Assembly (NCBI RefSeq): GCF_006345805.1
Contig: NC_042999.1
Coordinates: 103,850,001 to 103,914,000 of the forward strand
Direction: 5' to 3'
Length of the DNA stretch: 64,000 nucleotides
DNA from: Octopus sinensis
Lineage: Eukaryota
Within the stretch, counting starts at the first letter, position 1, and every line of letters starts with the position of its first letter. The position numbers and the translations under genes were made by a program. Positions 50,822 through 63,274 of this stretch are shown here, one piece after another. The notes beneath the pieces were generated by a model. That model was given only the letters and a program-made list of their open reading frames with translations, did not search any database and had not been told where the DNA came from.

Positions 50822-52369
50822 TATGATTGCAGATCATGCAATTAGACAAATAGGAAAGGTCACAACCAAGAATAATTTGGAAAATCTTGTGATCTGCAAT
50901 TTTTGGTGAACCAAATAGATGCAAATAAAATGTGTTTGGACAGAATGGATAAAAACTGATTTCATAAAACACAAAAGTACAAAAAAAAAAAATTATCAAT
51001 AGTGTAAAGTAAATGAAAACAGATAGACATTTTGACAATTCAACTTTAATAAAAATTCCTTCATTTTGCCCATCCAACTTATCTAAATTACTAACACATT
51101 TGGATAAGTCTATGAGGAACCTTAAATATTTCGGTTAGAAAAAAGGTTGAATATTTGAATTTTTCCCCTTTTCCATATGGCACTTCTAAGAAAGTTGAAA
51201 AAAAAAAAAAACAAGAAGTGGGGTTTCAAAGATATTAATGATAGCTTTTGATAGTTCACCACTTTCAGTCATACATTGGGACACAAATCTCATACAAGAT
51301 TCAAAGTGAAAACCAAAACCAACAGAAAAACTGACTGTGATTGTCTCATGGTTGCCCAAAGCAAAAGGAAGTATATTTGGGGGAAAATTTATGGCTAAAA
51401 ATGCAAGTGATACTATACAGGCAAGAGAAATACATGAATCATTGCAGGAATGCCACACAGAAAAAAAAAATTATGAGTTTAGTTTACAAGTCCATGACAA
51501 CACAATAATATCTGTAAGCATCTTGAGGAATGACTTAAAAGAAAACTCCTTTGGTTCATAGGATTTGAAACAGTGGGTGTATCAAAGTATTTCATAGAAT
51601 ACCTCCTGAAAATCAAGCATTTGATATTTTTTTTCAATTAAGTGAAAAAACAAATGAAATGAAATCATACCTAGTATTGCATATAAAGACTAGTATGTGT
51701 TGTAGTAGCAATTGGATATTTTGTGGCATTAAGATTGTTCCCACTTATTAAAAACAGAATATATTATTTTGATTTTATAGGCCATAGCCGAAAAATTTGA
51801 TCTAGGCCTTGATGAAGGTAAAATCTAGTTCATATTTATGAAAAATTTCATGGTAATTCTTTTAAAAAAAAAACTTTTATAAGCAATTTACAATACATGA
51901 AAGGTATTTTCCTTCTGCACAAAATGCAACAGAATAAAAAAAATAATAAAAGTTATAGATCAAAAAAGTTTTTAAAAACCTGATAAAACAGGAAAATCAA
52001 AACTTCAACCCTCTCTCTATCAGGAACCTAAATATTGATCAGATAACTTGATATTTGACTTATTTAAGTTTCTGGTGACTTATAAGTAGCTGGAAAATAA
52101 AATAACTAAAATTCCAAAACTTATTGTTAAATGGCACACCCAATTAATTACATATCACGATTAAATTCCACTTTCATTGCTCTATTTTTTTTTTCAAAGT
52201 TTGACATAAGTCCTTGGATCTATGCAATCAACTATAGACTAGAAGGTGAAGCTTCAGTATGACCATAGTTCAGTGAATGACCAATAAAGGATTAAAAATA
52301 CTTATAAAGTACAGAATTGAAATTTTATATAGAGCTCAATATATCATTTTATCTGCAACATTATTATCA

Positions 52370-52950
52370 TCATCGTTTTAATGTCCACTTTTCCCTGATT
52401 GCATGGGTCAGAAGATGCTTATTGGAGCAAATTTTCTACAGCTAGATGCTCTTCGGCTCTTCCCGTCACCAAGCCTCAACTGTTTCCAAGCAAGGTAATA
52501 TTTCTTTATCTTTTTAAAGCATATTAGAAATAAATAAACACTGCTTGTATGACAGTGACAATCATTGTACAAAGGCAGCGAGCTGGCAGATTTGTTAGCA
52601 TGCCAGGTGAAATGCTTAGCGATATTTCGTCTGTAGCCACATTCTGAGTTCAAATTCCGGAGAGGTCAACTTTGCCTTTCATCCTTTTGGGATCGATACA
52701 TTAAGTACCAGACAATCTAATCAGCTGCTCATGACTCCAGTCTGAATGGCATGGTTTTCTACAGCTGGATGCCCTTCCTAACACCAACCACTCCAAGAGT
52801 GTAACGGGTGCTTTTATGTACCACCGCCATGGGTACCATTTCTGTGACAACAGCATCTGCCACAACTGCGATTTTGCCTGGCTTGATGAGTCTTCTTCTC
52901 AAGCATGATATAATGCCAAAGGTCTCAGTCATTGCCTCTGTGAGGCCCAA
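52370..52950. mobile_element. Nested cluster: (GAT)-tailed SINE half (-), family M SINE (+, 52560-52720), RTE 3' end (-, 52745-52950)
   Basis: Minus strand near 52920-52950 encodes RVLGLTEAMTE, compare MLGPTEEMTMD at 46130; the other pieces match window copies. Confidence 0.7.
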
Positions 52951-53129
52951 CACTCGAAAGAAGCTCAGCCACATTGGCTGCTTTAAAGAATCCATCTTAT
53001 TAAGTTGGCACTCAAAATACCAAGCTATTAATAAAAAAGTTGTTTTAGTGAACCAATTAAATCTATTGGTTATTTTTAAAAGTAATTTGAAGTATATGGG
53101 CATTATATTGGGTGAAAAATATAGCTGGG

Positions 53130-53400
53130 AAACAAGAAGTGAATGGATTTGGTAGATAGAAACTCTATGAAAGCCTGCTATATCTATGTCTGTGTGTGTC
53201 TTTGTGTCTGTTTGCCAGCCCACCTAGTGTTGGGTTATGTCCCCACAACTTAGTGGTTTGACAAAGAGAGACTGATAGGAACAAGTACAAGACTTAATAA
53301 AAACGTAAGTACTGGAGTTGATTTGTTAAACTGAAACTCTTGAAGGTGGTGTTCCAGCATGACTGCATTTCAATGACTGAAACAAGTGCAAGATAAATTA
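53130..53400 (+). mobile_element. Family H SINE lacking head
   Basis: GTGAATGGATTTGGTAGATAGAAACT..GACTGAAACAAGT. Confidence 0.75.
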
Positions 53401-53639
53401 TAAATATACACACAAACTCACTCACACATACACACACGCATGTATGTGCGTGCACACACACTTACACACACAGACAGAAGTGCAAACACACACACAATTA
53501 TTTCACAAGTGATTCACACAACTCTGATACTGTTGCATTCCTGTGGAATTCATCAGAGAGTAGAGTAGCTGTGCATGTTTTCCTAGTAAATTTGTCAATG
53601 TACAAGTGCAATAAAAGACCAGTTCTTAACTGACACCAT

Positions 53640-54097
53640 GCAAATAAGGGAGCCTCTTGACATAGTTGCTTTACATGCTAATCACACCCTACCAACTTAA
53701 GAAAAAAGGCAGGGGTAGTCATAACTAAACACTTCTCTCATAACTGTGCTCAGCAAAAGCCAATCTGAAATTAAACAACCAGCTAGTTGGGGGGAAGCCT
53801 TTATGTAGTTGCTCAAACAGATAGAAATAGCAGCCAAAGATAAAAGACAGGATGGTCATAGTTGGTATGCTTTTCATCATAGCTCAGCTCAGTCAGGGTT
53901 GAGTGGGATTAAACAACAAAAATGACAAACATAATCTAACAAGGCCTCTAACTAGTCACATGACCTGCTAAAAATAGTAGCTAAATCTCTTGAATTATAC
54001 ATATTGGATATTACAATGTGAAGTCTATAGGATGCTGGTGAATAGAATGGCTTTAATTATAGGCCCGTTTGATCAAGTGTTATCAGCCTAAACAACA
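53640..54097 (+). mobile_element. Three head-to-tail decayed family T copies
   Basis: Each begins near a GAGCCTCT/AAGCCTTT/AGGCCTCT motif and ends TAAACAAC. Confidence 0.55.
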
Positions 54098-54414
54098 AGG
54101 AGAGCAAACTCATCATTTTGATGTCTACTTTGCCATGTTTGCTTCAATCAAATGAATTTCACTGAGGCATATTTTCTGTAGTTGGATGCTCTTCCCCTAT
54201 GTCAGTGAAGTTTGTTTACAATTAGTGTGCAGTGTCAAGACAAGAAGACATGAATGCATGCATGTATGTAACACACACAACTGGTTTCTTTCAGCTTCTG
54301 TCTATTAAATCTACTCACAAGGTTTTAGTTGGCCTGGAGCTATGAAAGAGGACACTTGCTCAAGTGTCTTGCTATAGGACTGGACCAGAAAACAAACCTC
54401 TTGAAGCAAGTCTC

Positions 54415-54641
54415 TTAACCCTTAAGCATTTAAACCAGTTATATCCAGGTTGAATATTCTACCTGTTTTATGTTCAAACTAGCCAGATTTGGCCTTTCAC
54501 ACTTACCCTATCATGTCATTCTAAAATAAATAATCACATCATGGAAGTCACAAAGCTATGAGATAACGTATGATTAATTTAAAATAATGCAAATAAATAA
54601 GCATTATAGTTGACAGAGTAATCTGAATACTAAAGGGTTAG
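54415..54641. mobile_element. piggyBac-type MITE family B (reverse), inserted at a TTAA within a SINE head
   Basis: TTAACCCTTAAGCATTTAAA ... CTAAAGGGTTAG; left flank is the SINE 54110-54414. Confidence 0.8.
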
Positions 54642-55379
54642 ACACACTGCCATGCCTGTACCTACCAAGAACACACATGCATACACAGTCGCCTTTGGCT
54701 AGGATTGACCGTGCATCAGCCTTTATATGCACAGGCCCAGGCAAGGTATTTTGCATTCAAGCCACCCATGTTATCCAAGGATAAAAACTACTACATCAGA
54801 CCCAATACAGCTTGGTGCCAGTATCGCCCTTCTGGGATGCAGATAGCTGCAACAGATACAGAAAATTATCTTGCCCACTGCTCTAACACTTCTACCAATC
54901 AATTTCTCTAGATTGCTTCTTTTTTAACGTCCCAAAAAGGATGAAGGGTAAAGCTGACTACAGCCGGGTTTGAACTCTGGGAGAAGTGTCAGAACAAACA
55001 ACATGAGTCATTCAACTCACCACTATAACAACTCTACCAAATCTCTCGAAACACACATGAAACTGTTGAAATTGCAATAAATAATCTTGATGACGATGAT
55101 GATGACAATGATGATGATCAAAAAAAATCGCAATTTCTGAGGGAGTGGGACACTGAATTAAATAAATTCTAATATGTAACTACTGGTACTTATTTCATTG
55201 ACACCAAGCTGGATGAAAAGCACAGTTAACCTCGGCAGTATTTAATCAAGATTAGGAGATGCATTAGACACACAGCAGTTGTTAACCTAGACATTCCTTC
55301 ACAGTAACACTAAATCTGTTGACATACACATGGAATTTATTAAATACTCGCATACAAATTTTCTTCATATATGGAATAC

Positions 55380-55410
<31 letters not shown>

Positions 55411-55463
55411 CACACACACAAATCGCGTGATTTTGACCTTCCCTGGTCCCATCAGTTTATTTA

Positions 55464-55518
<55 letters not shown>

Positions 55519-57588
55519 CACATGCAGATACATACATACATACATAAACTATATATGCACACACACATGCATATATATACATACATGTATATGAAGATAT
55601 AGATGTAAACAAATATTCATAACATATACACACATGTGCTTGACTGTGATAGTCATTGTATACAAATATGTGGCTCCATCTGCAAATACTATTCATAACT
55701 GATTAAAAGCATGTAGAAACTCTACCAGAGTAACAACAGCTGCATCATATTGAACAAGTTTTGGCTAAACACACACCAGAACCATTGCGATGTATCTTTC
55801 TTTAACAACCGCTGATAATCACAATTGGCCATCTGAACAAATATTGACAAATCTTAGAGGAATTCTTCATTCATATCCCAAATCTAACATATTAACTAAG
55901 AAATAAGTAGAATAAAAAAAAAAAGAACAATACTACAAAAAGGAAGAGAAATATATCTAATTCTCAATTGCCATTTCTTAAGACTTGTTCTACAAGATCA
56001 TAGAAAACCAAGAATAACATATTTAAAAAAAGTTTTTAAACTGTGAATTTTAATGAGCAAGGAGGGTGTGAGTATGCATGTGTGTGTTTGTTTCCATACA
56101 AACCCGCATGTGCACATGCACACACACACACACACACACAATGTTTGTTCTTTTTATTGTAATTTTTTTATTCAGAGATGGTTGTTCAACATCATTATTT
56201 TCCTTATTACCTACTGTCCTAGTATGAATTTTTTTTTTTGTATTAAAAATTTTAAACTGATAAATTTGCTATAACTTTCATAAATTAAAATCAAAACCCT
56301 GAAAAGAATTTGAGGACAAAATTCGAAGTTCATTAAAGCCCCAATTTTGAATTTAAATTATAACATTTAAATTAAGTGCTTATTTAAATTTCATCATTAG
56401 TTAAACATCTGTTTTTCTATACTAAAATAAGTTTAGACAGTCAGTTACTTGAGGCAAGATTTTACAGCCAGATGCCCTTGCTTTCACCAACCCTGACCAA
56501 TTTTCCAGATAACGGGTTCATTTATTCCACAGGTTTTCAAAAGCAGAGAGCACTGGTCACAATATCAATAAGGAATGTCAGTCTCAATGCTGCTTCATTC
56601 AAGTGGTGACAGCATGGAATATAAACATACATACCACGTGTGGCTTTCTACAGTTTCTGTCCACCAAATTCCCCTTGCATGGCATTGGTCAGCCCAGGGC
56701 TATCATGGAAAACACATACCCATGATTCCACACAGCAAAGCCAAACCTCAAAACCACATGGCTTTTAAGCAAACTTCTTAACCATACAGCCACACATGGA
56801 CCTAATTTGATGTTGATGACAATTACAATCTGAAGTATACTTTTCAAATTTAGTTTTCAACTATTGTGCTTTGTTTGTTTTCATATGTTGAGAAGGTTAC
56901 TGTGACGTGATTCAAAAAATATTGTTGTGACCAAGAAAGACAAGTAAATAAAATTAACCTACAAACATAAAACTTTATACATACACACACATACCTCTTT
57001 CTCTTTCTATGTACGTATGCATGTATAGTCTGATAAAAAGTGACAGGAAAATAATTTGAATTAGATATTTCCCTGTTCATTTTGTATGTCTAAATGAATG
57101 TCTATTTCTATAAGCGTGTGTGTGTGAGTATGCAGCAACTTATTTTAACTGTTTTATTATTATTCAATTACCCATGATAGCATGAAGATGATAGCTTTTG
57201 AAAACTGAGATGAATTTAAATAGGAATACAGACAACAGAGTTTAAAGGGCATCCTGATACTAGCCAAATCATCAGAGGTTCCTGACATATTATTGGTACC
57301 ATGCAGCGTCCATAGCTGAGGTACCTCACACTCAATAACCCCAGAGTAATATAGCTGACTATAATAAAACTGTAAAATGTTTTATTGCAGCAACACTGTA
57401 TTATTGACCGAGATGAATTCCTCCCATTGGTATGTCTAAAGGATCTCAACAGCTGAAATCCTGCAACTGAAAACAGTAAAATAAGGCTGAATAACAGAAG
57501 AATTTTTCCTCTGATATACTTAATGCAGCAATAACTGTAATCAAGAACTGGTCAAACAGATGCCACTAGTTCTTCAAAGTATCATATG

Positions 57589-57658
<70 letters not shown>

Positions 57659-57989
57659 TATCATTTAGCAGAAGCAACAGTATAACACAAGGGCCAAGAG
57701 TTTTGTGTGTTAGCACTTATCAACCTATATTTGAAAAATATGAATTATTTATGTGACATTATAATTGCTTTTATAATTTGTTCCAGAAATATTCAAGGAA
57801 ATACTATTATCACTGGTACATAAGTTTAAACCCCCCTAAACAAGTTTGATAAGTGCTAACACATGAAACTCTCAGCCCCTGAGCCACTCTGTTGCTTCTG
57901 ATAAATATCAATATATATATGATGATATATATATATATTACATTCATGTTTTGAGTTCTCTTTTTCTTGTTTGACTTTGACATACATAC

Positions 57990-58020
<31 letters not shown>

Positions 58021-58026
58021 CACACA

Positions 58027-58077
<51 letters not shown>

Positions 58078-58094
58078 GTGATCTCTTGAGCACC

Positions 58095-58290
58095 ACCAGC
58101 AAAAATATTTTTTCCTCTGTCTTCCCCTCTTGGGATCTTTCCTTCTCCTTGTTTCTGACGAAGAGCTCCGCTCGAAACGTTAAACCCCTCCTTCCCTTCT
58201 TTCCTGAGCGTCAATAATACTTTAATTGTTCCACGTCCTCGCGTTGCTGTGTTTTTTTCTGTGTTTTCTTGTTTGGATTAACTATATATA
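58095..58290 (+). mobile_element. Penelope-like pLTR remnant between (TA)n tracts
   Basis: Contains CTGACGAAGAGCTCCGCTCGAAACGTT; CpG-rich relative to surroundings; T-rich tail ends in (TA)n. Confidence 0.7.
58151..58185 (+). ncRNA. Minimal type I hammerhead ribozyme motif
   Basis: Stem I GUUU/AAAC, core CUGACGA plus extra A, stem II GAGC-ucc-GCUC, GAAA, palindromic stem III ACGU, cleavage triplet GUU (cut after 58181). Confidence 0.75.
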
Positions 58291-58772
58291 TATAAATAAA
58301 TATATATATATTAGTGGAATATAATATATACCTGCTAACTCAGAAGCCAAATATGGATCCCTAGCTGGAGCCTAATAATGACCAATTACAGCACTTACTC
58401 AGCGTACCTATTCATTTAGATCATCAGTGAACTAAACCCCTCATATTTTATGTACACACACACACACACACACACACACGTACCCGGATAAAAATTTAAT
58501 ATAAAATTGAAAGCTAGTTATTTTGCAAAATTTTTCTGTTAATTCTTGAATACTTATAAAACACAAAGATGTATATTCCTGTTTGAAATATAGTCCCGAA
58601 ATGGTTAAACATAAACAACACTACAATGAGAAATTATCTTCAAACATTCTGCAGGGACACACTATGTTGGATCTAGAGGCATTATCATCGGCATCATCAT
58701 CATTTAAGGTCCATTTTCCATGCTAGCATGGGTTGGACATCAATTAGGAAATGCATACCACTTTCAACTTAC

Positions 58773-58840
58773 CCGTCATGATCTTCTGCAGAAACCATTT
58801 TACTTGATTCTGTAAGTGCTTCCTTTAATTCCTGGTTCTC
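58773..58840 (-). CDS. Coiled-coil protein exon (ENQELKEALTESSKMVSAEDHD)
   Basis: Acceptor ttttgcag|GAG, donor GG|gtaagt; 68 nt, phase 0-2. Confidence 0.9.
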
Positions 58841-59080
58841 CTGCAAAAGAATATATATATATATAAATCATCAGATGTCACTGTAGCCAATGGGAATAAG
58901 CAGATCAATTGTCAAAGGTATTCTAGTCACGGTCATTTCAGCACTTTGTACCTTGACGATTACATTGTTTTAAATATCCATTTTTTTTTTCTTAAGACAG
59001 TAGTATGTGATACAAAGGAAGTTTATCTGGTATTTCTAACAGGTCTAGCAACAACATATAGCATCTTAAAAGCATTAGAT

Positions 59081-59309
59081 TTAACCCTTTAGCATTAAGA
59101 TTACTCTGTTAAATGCAATGCATATCTATTTACATTCTTTTAAATTAATCATGCATAATCTCATAGCTTTTGAGATTCTGATGGTATAATAGTTAATTTT
59201 TAGTATGATATTGTAGGGCAGGTATGAGAAGCTGGGTTTGGTCAGTTTGAACACAAGGCAGGTAGCATGTTTGGGCTGAACAGGGCTGGTTTAAATGCTG
59301 AAGAGTTAA
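59081..59309. mobile_element. piggyBac-type MITE family B, complete
   Basis: TTAACCCTTTAGCATT ... AATGCTGAAGAGTTAA. Confidence 0.85.
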
Positions 59310-59479
59310 AGTAGAGGTATATGAATGAATGAGAATTTGAGTCAGCGGGGGTGCATTTAAGTTGATCGATATGCTCACCCTATCGTGTTAAACAGAGAAA
59401 GATATATAAAACAATATAGACAAAGATGCATCATGTCAGAAAAAAATATGGAATGGTCACAGTTGGAAGGTCTATAATT

Positions 59480-60030
59480 ATAATTTGCTTTATTTTATGT
59501 TCAAACCAGCCAGGTTAGATCTCTCACACCTATCCTGCATTGTCAAGCTAAAAATAAACAATCACATCATTGTAATTCTTTTATGCTTTCATCTTTTTAA
59601 TTGTTTCAGCCATTTGACTGCAGTCATGGTGAAGCACTGCCTTTAAGGATTTTTTAGTCTTTGTAAGCCTCGTACTTATTCTATCAGTTTCTACTGCCAA
59701 ACCACTAAGTTACAGGGACATAAACACACCAACATCAGTGGCCAGAGATGCTAGGAGGACAAACACAGATGCACACATACACACACATATATACATATAT
59801 AACAGGCTTCTTTCAGTTTCTATCTGCCAAATCCACGCACAAGGTTTTGGTATGTCTGAGGCTATAGAAAACACTTGACCAAGGTACTATGCACAGGGAC
59901 TGTACCTGGAACAATGTGGTTGGTAAGCAAGCTTCTTACCACACAGCCATGCATTGAAGCTACAAGATAATGCAGGTTATATTTAAAACAATATGAATCA
60001 ATAAACATTACATCTGACTGAGTAATTTAA
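59480..60030. mobile_element. MITE family B (reverse) interrupted by a full family H SINE (about 59580-59950, -)
   Basis: MITE body stops at AATCACATCATTG (about 59572) and resumes at CATTGAAGCTACAAGATAATGC (about 59952). Confidence 0.75.
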
Positions 60031-60349
60031 GAGTTATACAACAAGTAGAAGTGAAAATGATATTTGTAATGGGTTTTTCTAGATTATTAGTTAAATAAGT
60101 CGCAGGGAAGCATCTAAAAGAATGAACTGTAATGAGAAAATTTTATGTTTGGTCTATACACTGAACCTCCATCCTTGGTTATGAGTTCAAAACTCTAGCT
60201 GTAATGATAAACATTGTATTGGGGCTTTAATCTTTTCCTTTTTTAAGGAAGTTGGTCATACAAAATTACATCACTTTATATAATTCCAGTTTTTCTGCAA
60301 GTGCTATTCATACACCTAAAGTTTGCAAACTCATCTATACACTATATAC

Positions 60350-60381
<32 letters not shown>

Positions 60382-60480
60382 TATCATCATCATCGTTTAA
60401 TGATGACGTTGATGATAGTGTGTATATCGATATATAGTGTATAGATTGAGTTTGCAAACTTTAGATATTTAAATAGCATT

Positions 60481-60519
<39 letters not shown>

Positions 60520-60534
60520 TATATATATATCATC

Positions 60535-60805
60535 ATCATCATCATCATCGTTTAACGTCCGTTCTCCATGCTAGCATGGGTTGGACGGTTCGGCCGGGGA
60601 TCTGGGAAGCCAAAAGGCTGCACCAGGCTCCAGTCTTATCTGGCAATGTTTCTACAGCTGGATGCCCTTCCTAACGCCAACCACTCCGTGAGTGTAGTGG
60701 GTGCTTTTTACGTGCCACCTGCACTGATTCCAGGCAAGGCTGGCATCGGCCACGGTCGGATTGGTGCATTTTACATGCCACCTGCACGGAAGCCAGTCGA
60801 GGCGA
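60535..60805 (-). mobile_element. RTE LINE 3' tail, CpG-rich
   Basis: (CAT)n-CGTTTAACGTCCGTTCTCCATGCTAGCATGGGTTGGACGG...; an older copy lies at about 61990-62230. Confidence 0.85.
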
Positions 60806-60806
60806 C

Positions 60807-60853
<47 letters not shown>

Positions 60854-61038
60854 GAGGGTAAGAAAATACACGATGATCAGTTAATTATGATTTAATTCAA
60901 CATATTCCCCTTTCAGATTCATACGCTTATTGCTGCAACCCTTCAATTTTTCTAAGCACTGTAAAAGAACTTGGAAGATTGGGCCTACAACCACACCTTT
61001 CATAATACCCTTAAAGCCAGAAACTTTTCAGCACCCAC

Positions 61039-61102
<64 letters not shown>

Positions 61103-61578
61103 GCGTGCGCGCACGCATGTGTGCATGCATGTATATATAGAGAGATTTAGGAATACCTCAACTATAGTCAATTTATCTGATTTTACATTGGCCTCAGCTA
61201 ACATATTTAAAAGCATAAAAAACTTTTAATAAAAAAGAAACACCTAAACGCCAACACTGAAGTGGAAAAATCAAATGAAATAAATTGAAAATATGTACAA
61301 ACCAGATATAAGCTAAGAATTTTTTTTTTTTGAAATGTTTTTTTCATGTTACTTCAATGTTTCAAGTTATATCACTTGTCTTGGAATCAATTACCAACAT
61401 AAATCGAGGTATGCCAACATCTGCCTTCCATGCTGGCATGGGTGGATATATGTTTGTGTGTGTGTGTGGTGTGTGTGTGTATACACACACCACACACACA
61501 CACATATATATATATATGGTGTAAAAATGTAAATGGCATATTTTTTTAATAACTCTAGAGTAAATGAGGAAATTAATG

Positions 61579-61849
61579 TTAACCTTTTCATAACCTGATT
61601 TCTAATGAAAAACATAAGCTCTCAATGAGTTTTAATGAGTTTCAGTTAATTTTGACAATAATGAAGAAATTGGAAGGATTTAGTGAAGTAACCAATCTTA
61701 TCATTATTAAATTGGTGTTTGGAACATAACTTAGAAGATTCTCACAAGAAATTATGAGGGGAGGCTGTATTGAAAATAAAAAAACACTTTAAAGAAGTTT
61801 ATTATTACAGAAGTAGATATAGTTTCAAGTGGGTTATCAAAAGAGTTAA
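61579..61849. mobile_element. piggyBac-type MITE family C
   Basis: TTAACCTTTTCATAACC ... GGTTATCAAAAGAGTTAA; a probable related decayed copy at about 35746-35970. Confidence 0.7.
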
Positions 61850-62734
61850 GAAATAGAAAACCATTCTAAAACGTTTTGTGCATCATTTTTTTTCTTTTTA
61901 TTATCTTTATTTTATTAGAGAGAGAGAAAGAGAGAGGGAGAGAATGTGTGTGTGTGTGTGTGTGCGCACACACGCACATGTGCCCATGCGTCAGCATCAT
62001 CATCAGTTAGCATTCATTTTCCATACTGGCATGGGTTAGACAGGTTGACCAGAGCTGGCACCAAGTTTGAATCTGATTTGGCTTGGTTTCAAAAGTTGGA
62101 TGCTCTTCCCAATGCCAACCATTTTACAGAGTGTGCTGGGTGCCTTTTACATGGCACCAGTACAGGTGGTATAACATGGTGCTGGCATTGAGAGCTTTTT
62201 ACATGGCACCAGCACAGGGCTCTTGCAGGCCAATTCCCTTCAGGGGTAGGGGGCAGTATTGTGTGATAGAAACATTTCTTCTACAAAAAGTTTGGTCTCA
62301 TAAATCAAGGACAAATTTATTAAATACTCGTATACAAATATTCTTCATACATGCAATATGTATGTATGTATCATAAATCAAGGATGCACAGAGCATTTTA
62401 GTGGCTTCTTGACTTGCTAGAAATATCAGTTAAATGGCACAAAAGAACAAGAAATACTGTAATCCTAAATGCAGCTAAAATGATAGATAGGGTGATCAAA
62501 GCACGAATTCATTTGATCAAAAGGACCTTTGATTAGGATTGACTGGGGTTATCAAACAAGTCATACAAACAATATATGCTGAGGAAATTCCTATGCAGTC
62601 ACCTGAAATGCTAGAAATAGCAACCAAACTCTCTCAAATCACATCCTACTATTTTAATAAAAGAAAGGAGGATACATTGGATGATGCAGTCCTGTAAACA
62701 TTGTACATAAGAAATAGATTGGATACTCTTTTGG

Positions 62735-63100
62735 CCTTTTGTTTCAATCATTTGACTGTGGCCATGCTGGAGCACTGGTTTTAGTCGAGCAAATTGACCC
62801 CAGGACATATTCTTTGTAAGCCTAGTACTTATTCTATTGGTCTCTCTTGCCGAACCGCTAAGTTACAGGGATGTAAACACACCACCATCAGTTGTCAAGC
62901 GATATGGGGGGGGGGGCACAAACACATACATACACATATATACAACAGGCTTCTTTCAGTTTCCGTCTACCAAATCCACTCAAAGGCTTTGGTCGGCCCG
63001 AGGCTATAGTAAAAACACTTGCCCAAGGTGCTATGCAGTGGGAATGAACCCAGAACCATGTGGTTGGTAAGCAAGCTACTTACCACACAGCCACTCCTGG
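62735..63100 (-). mobile_element. Family H SINE, full length
   Basis: Best-preserved copy in window; both halves present. Confidence 0.85.
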
Positions 63101-63274
63101 TTATAGTTAGAACGCCTTTTATCATGAATTTATTCAGTATAAACCGATTTGAGACAACAACATAACAACAAAAACAACAGCTCATACAAACATATCAAAT
63201 AGTAAAATATAGAAACCAAATAACAGGTAAGGTGCAATACAGAGTTTTAAGAACTATATAAATAAAAGACTTAC

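Noticed and set aside
50900-52330. Possible decayed DNA transposon or transposase (ORF 51337..51561)
   Set aside because: No TIR pair or catalytic motif that I could identify.
52759-53223. 154-aa minus-strand ORF
   Set aside because: Chimera of SINE sequence, AT-rich spacer and the RTE 3' end.
57216-57480. Acceptor-like TTTTCAG and 77-aa minus ORF
   Set aside because: No convincing donor giving a phase 2-2 exon, and the peptide is not coiled-coil-like.
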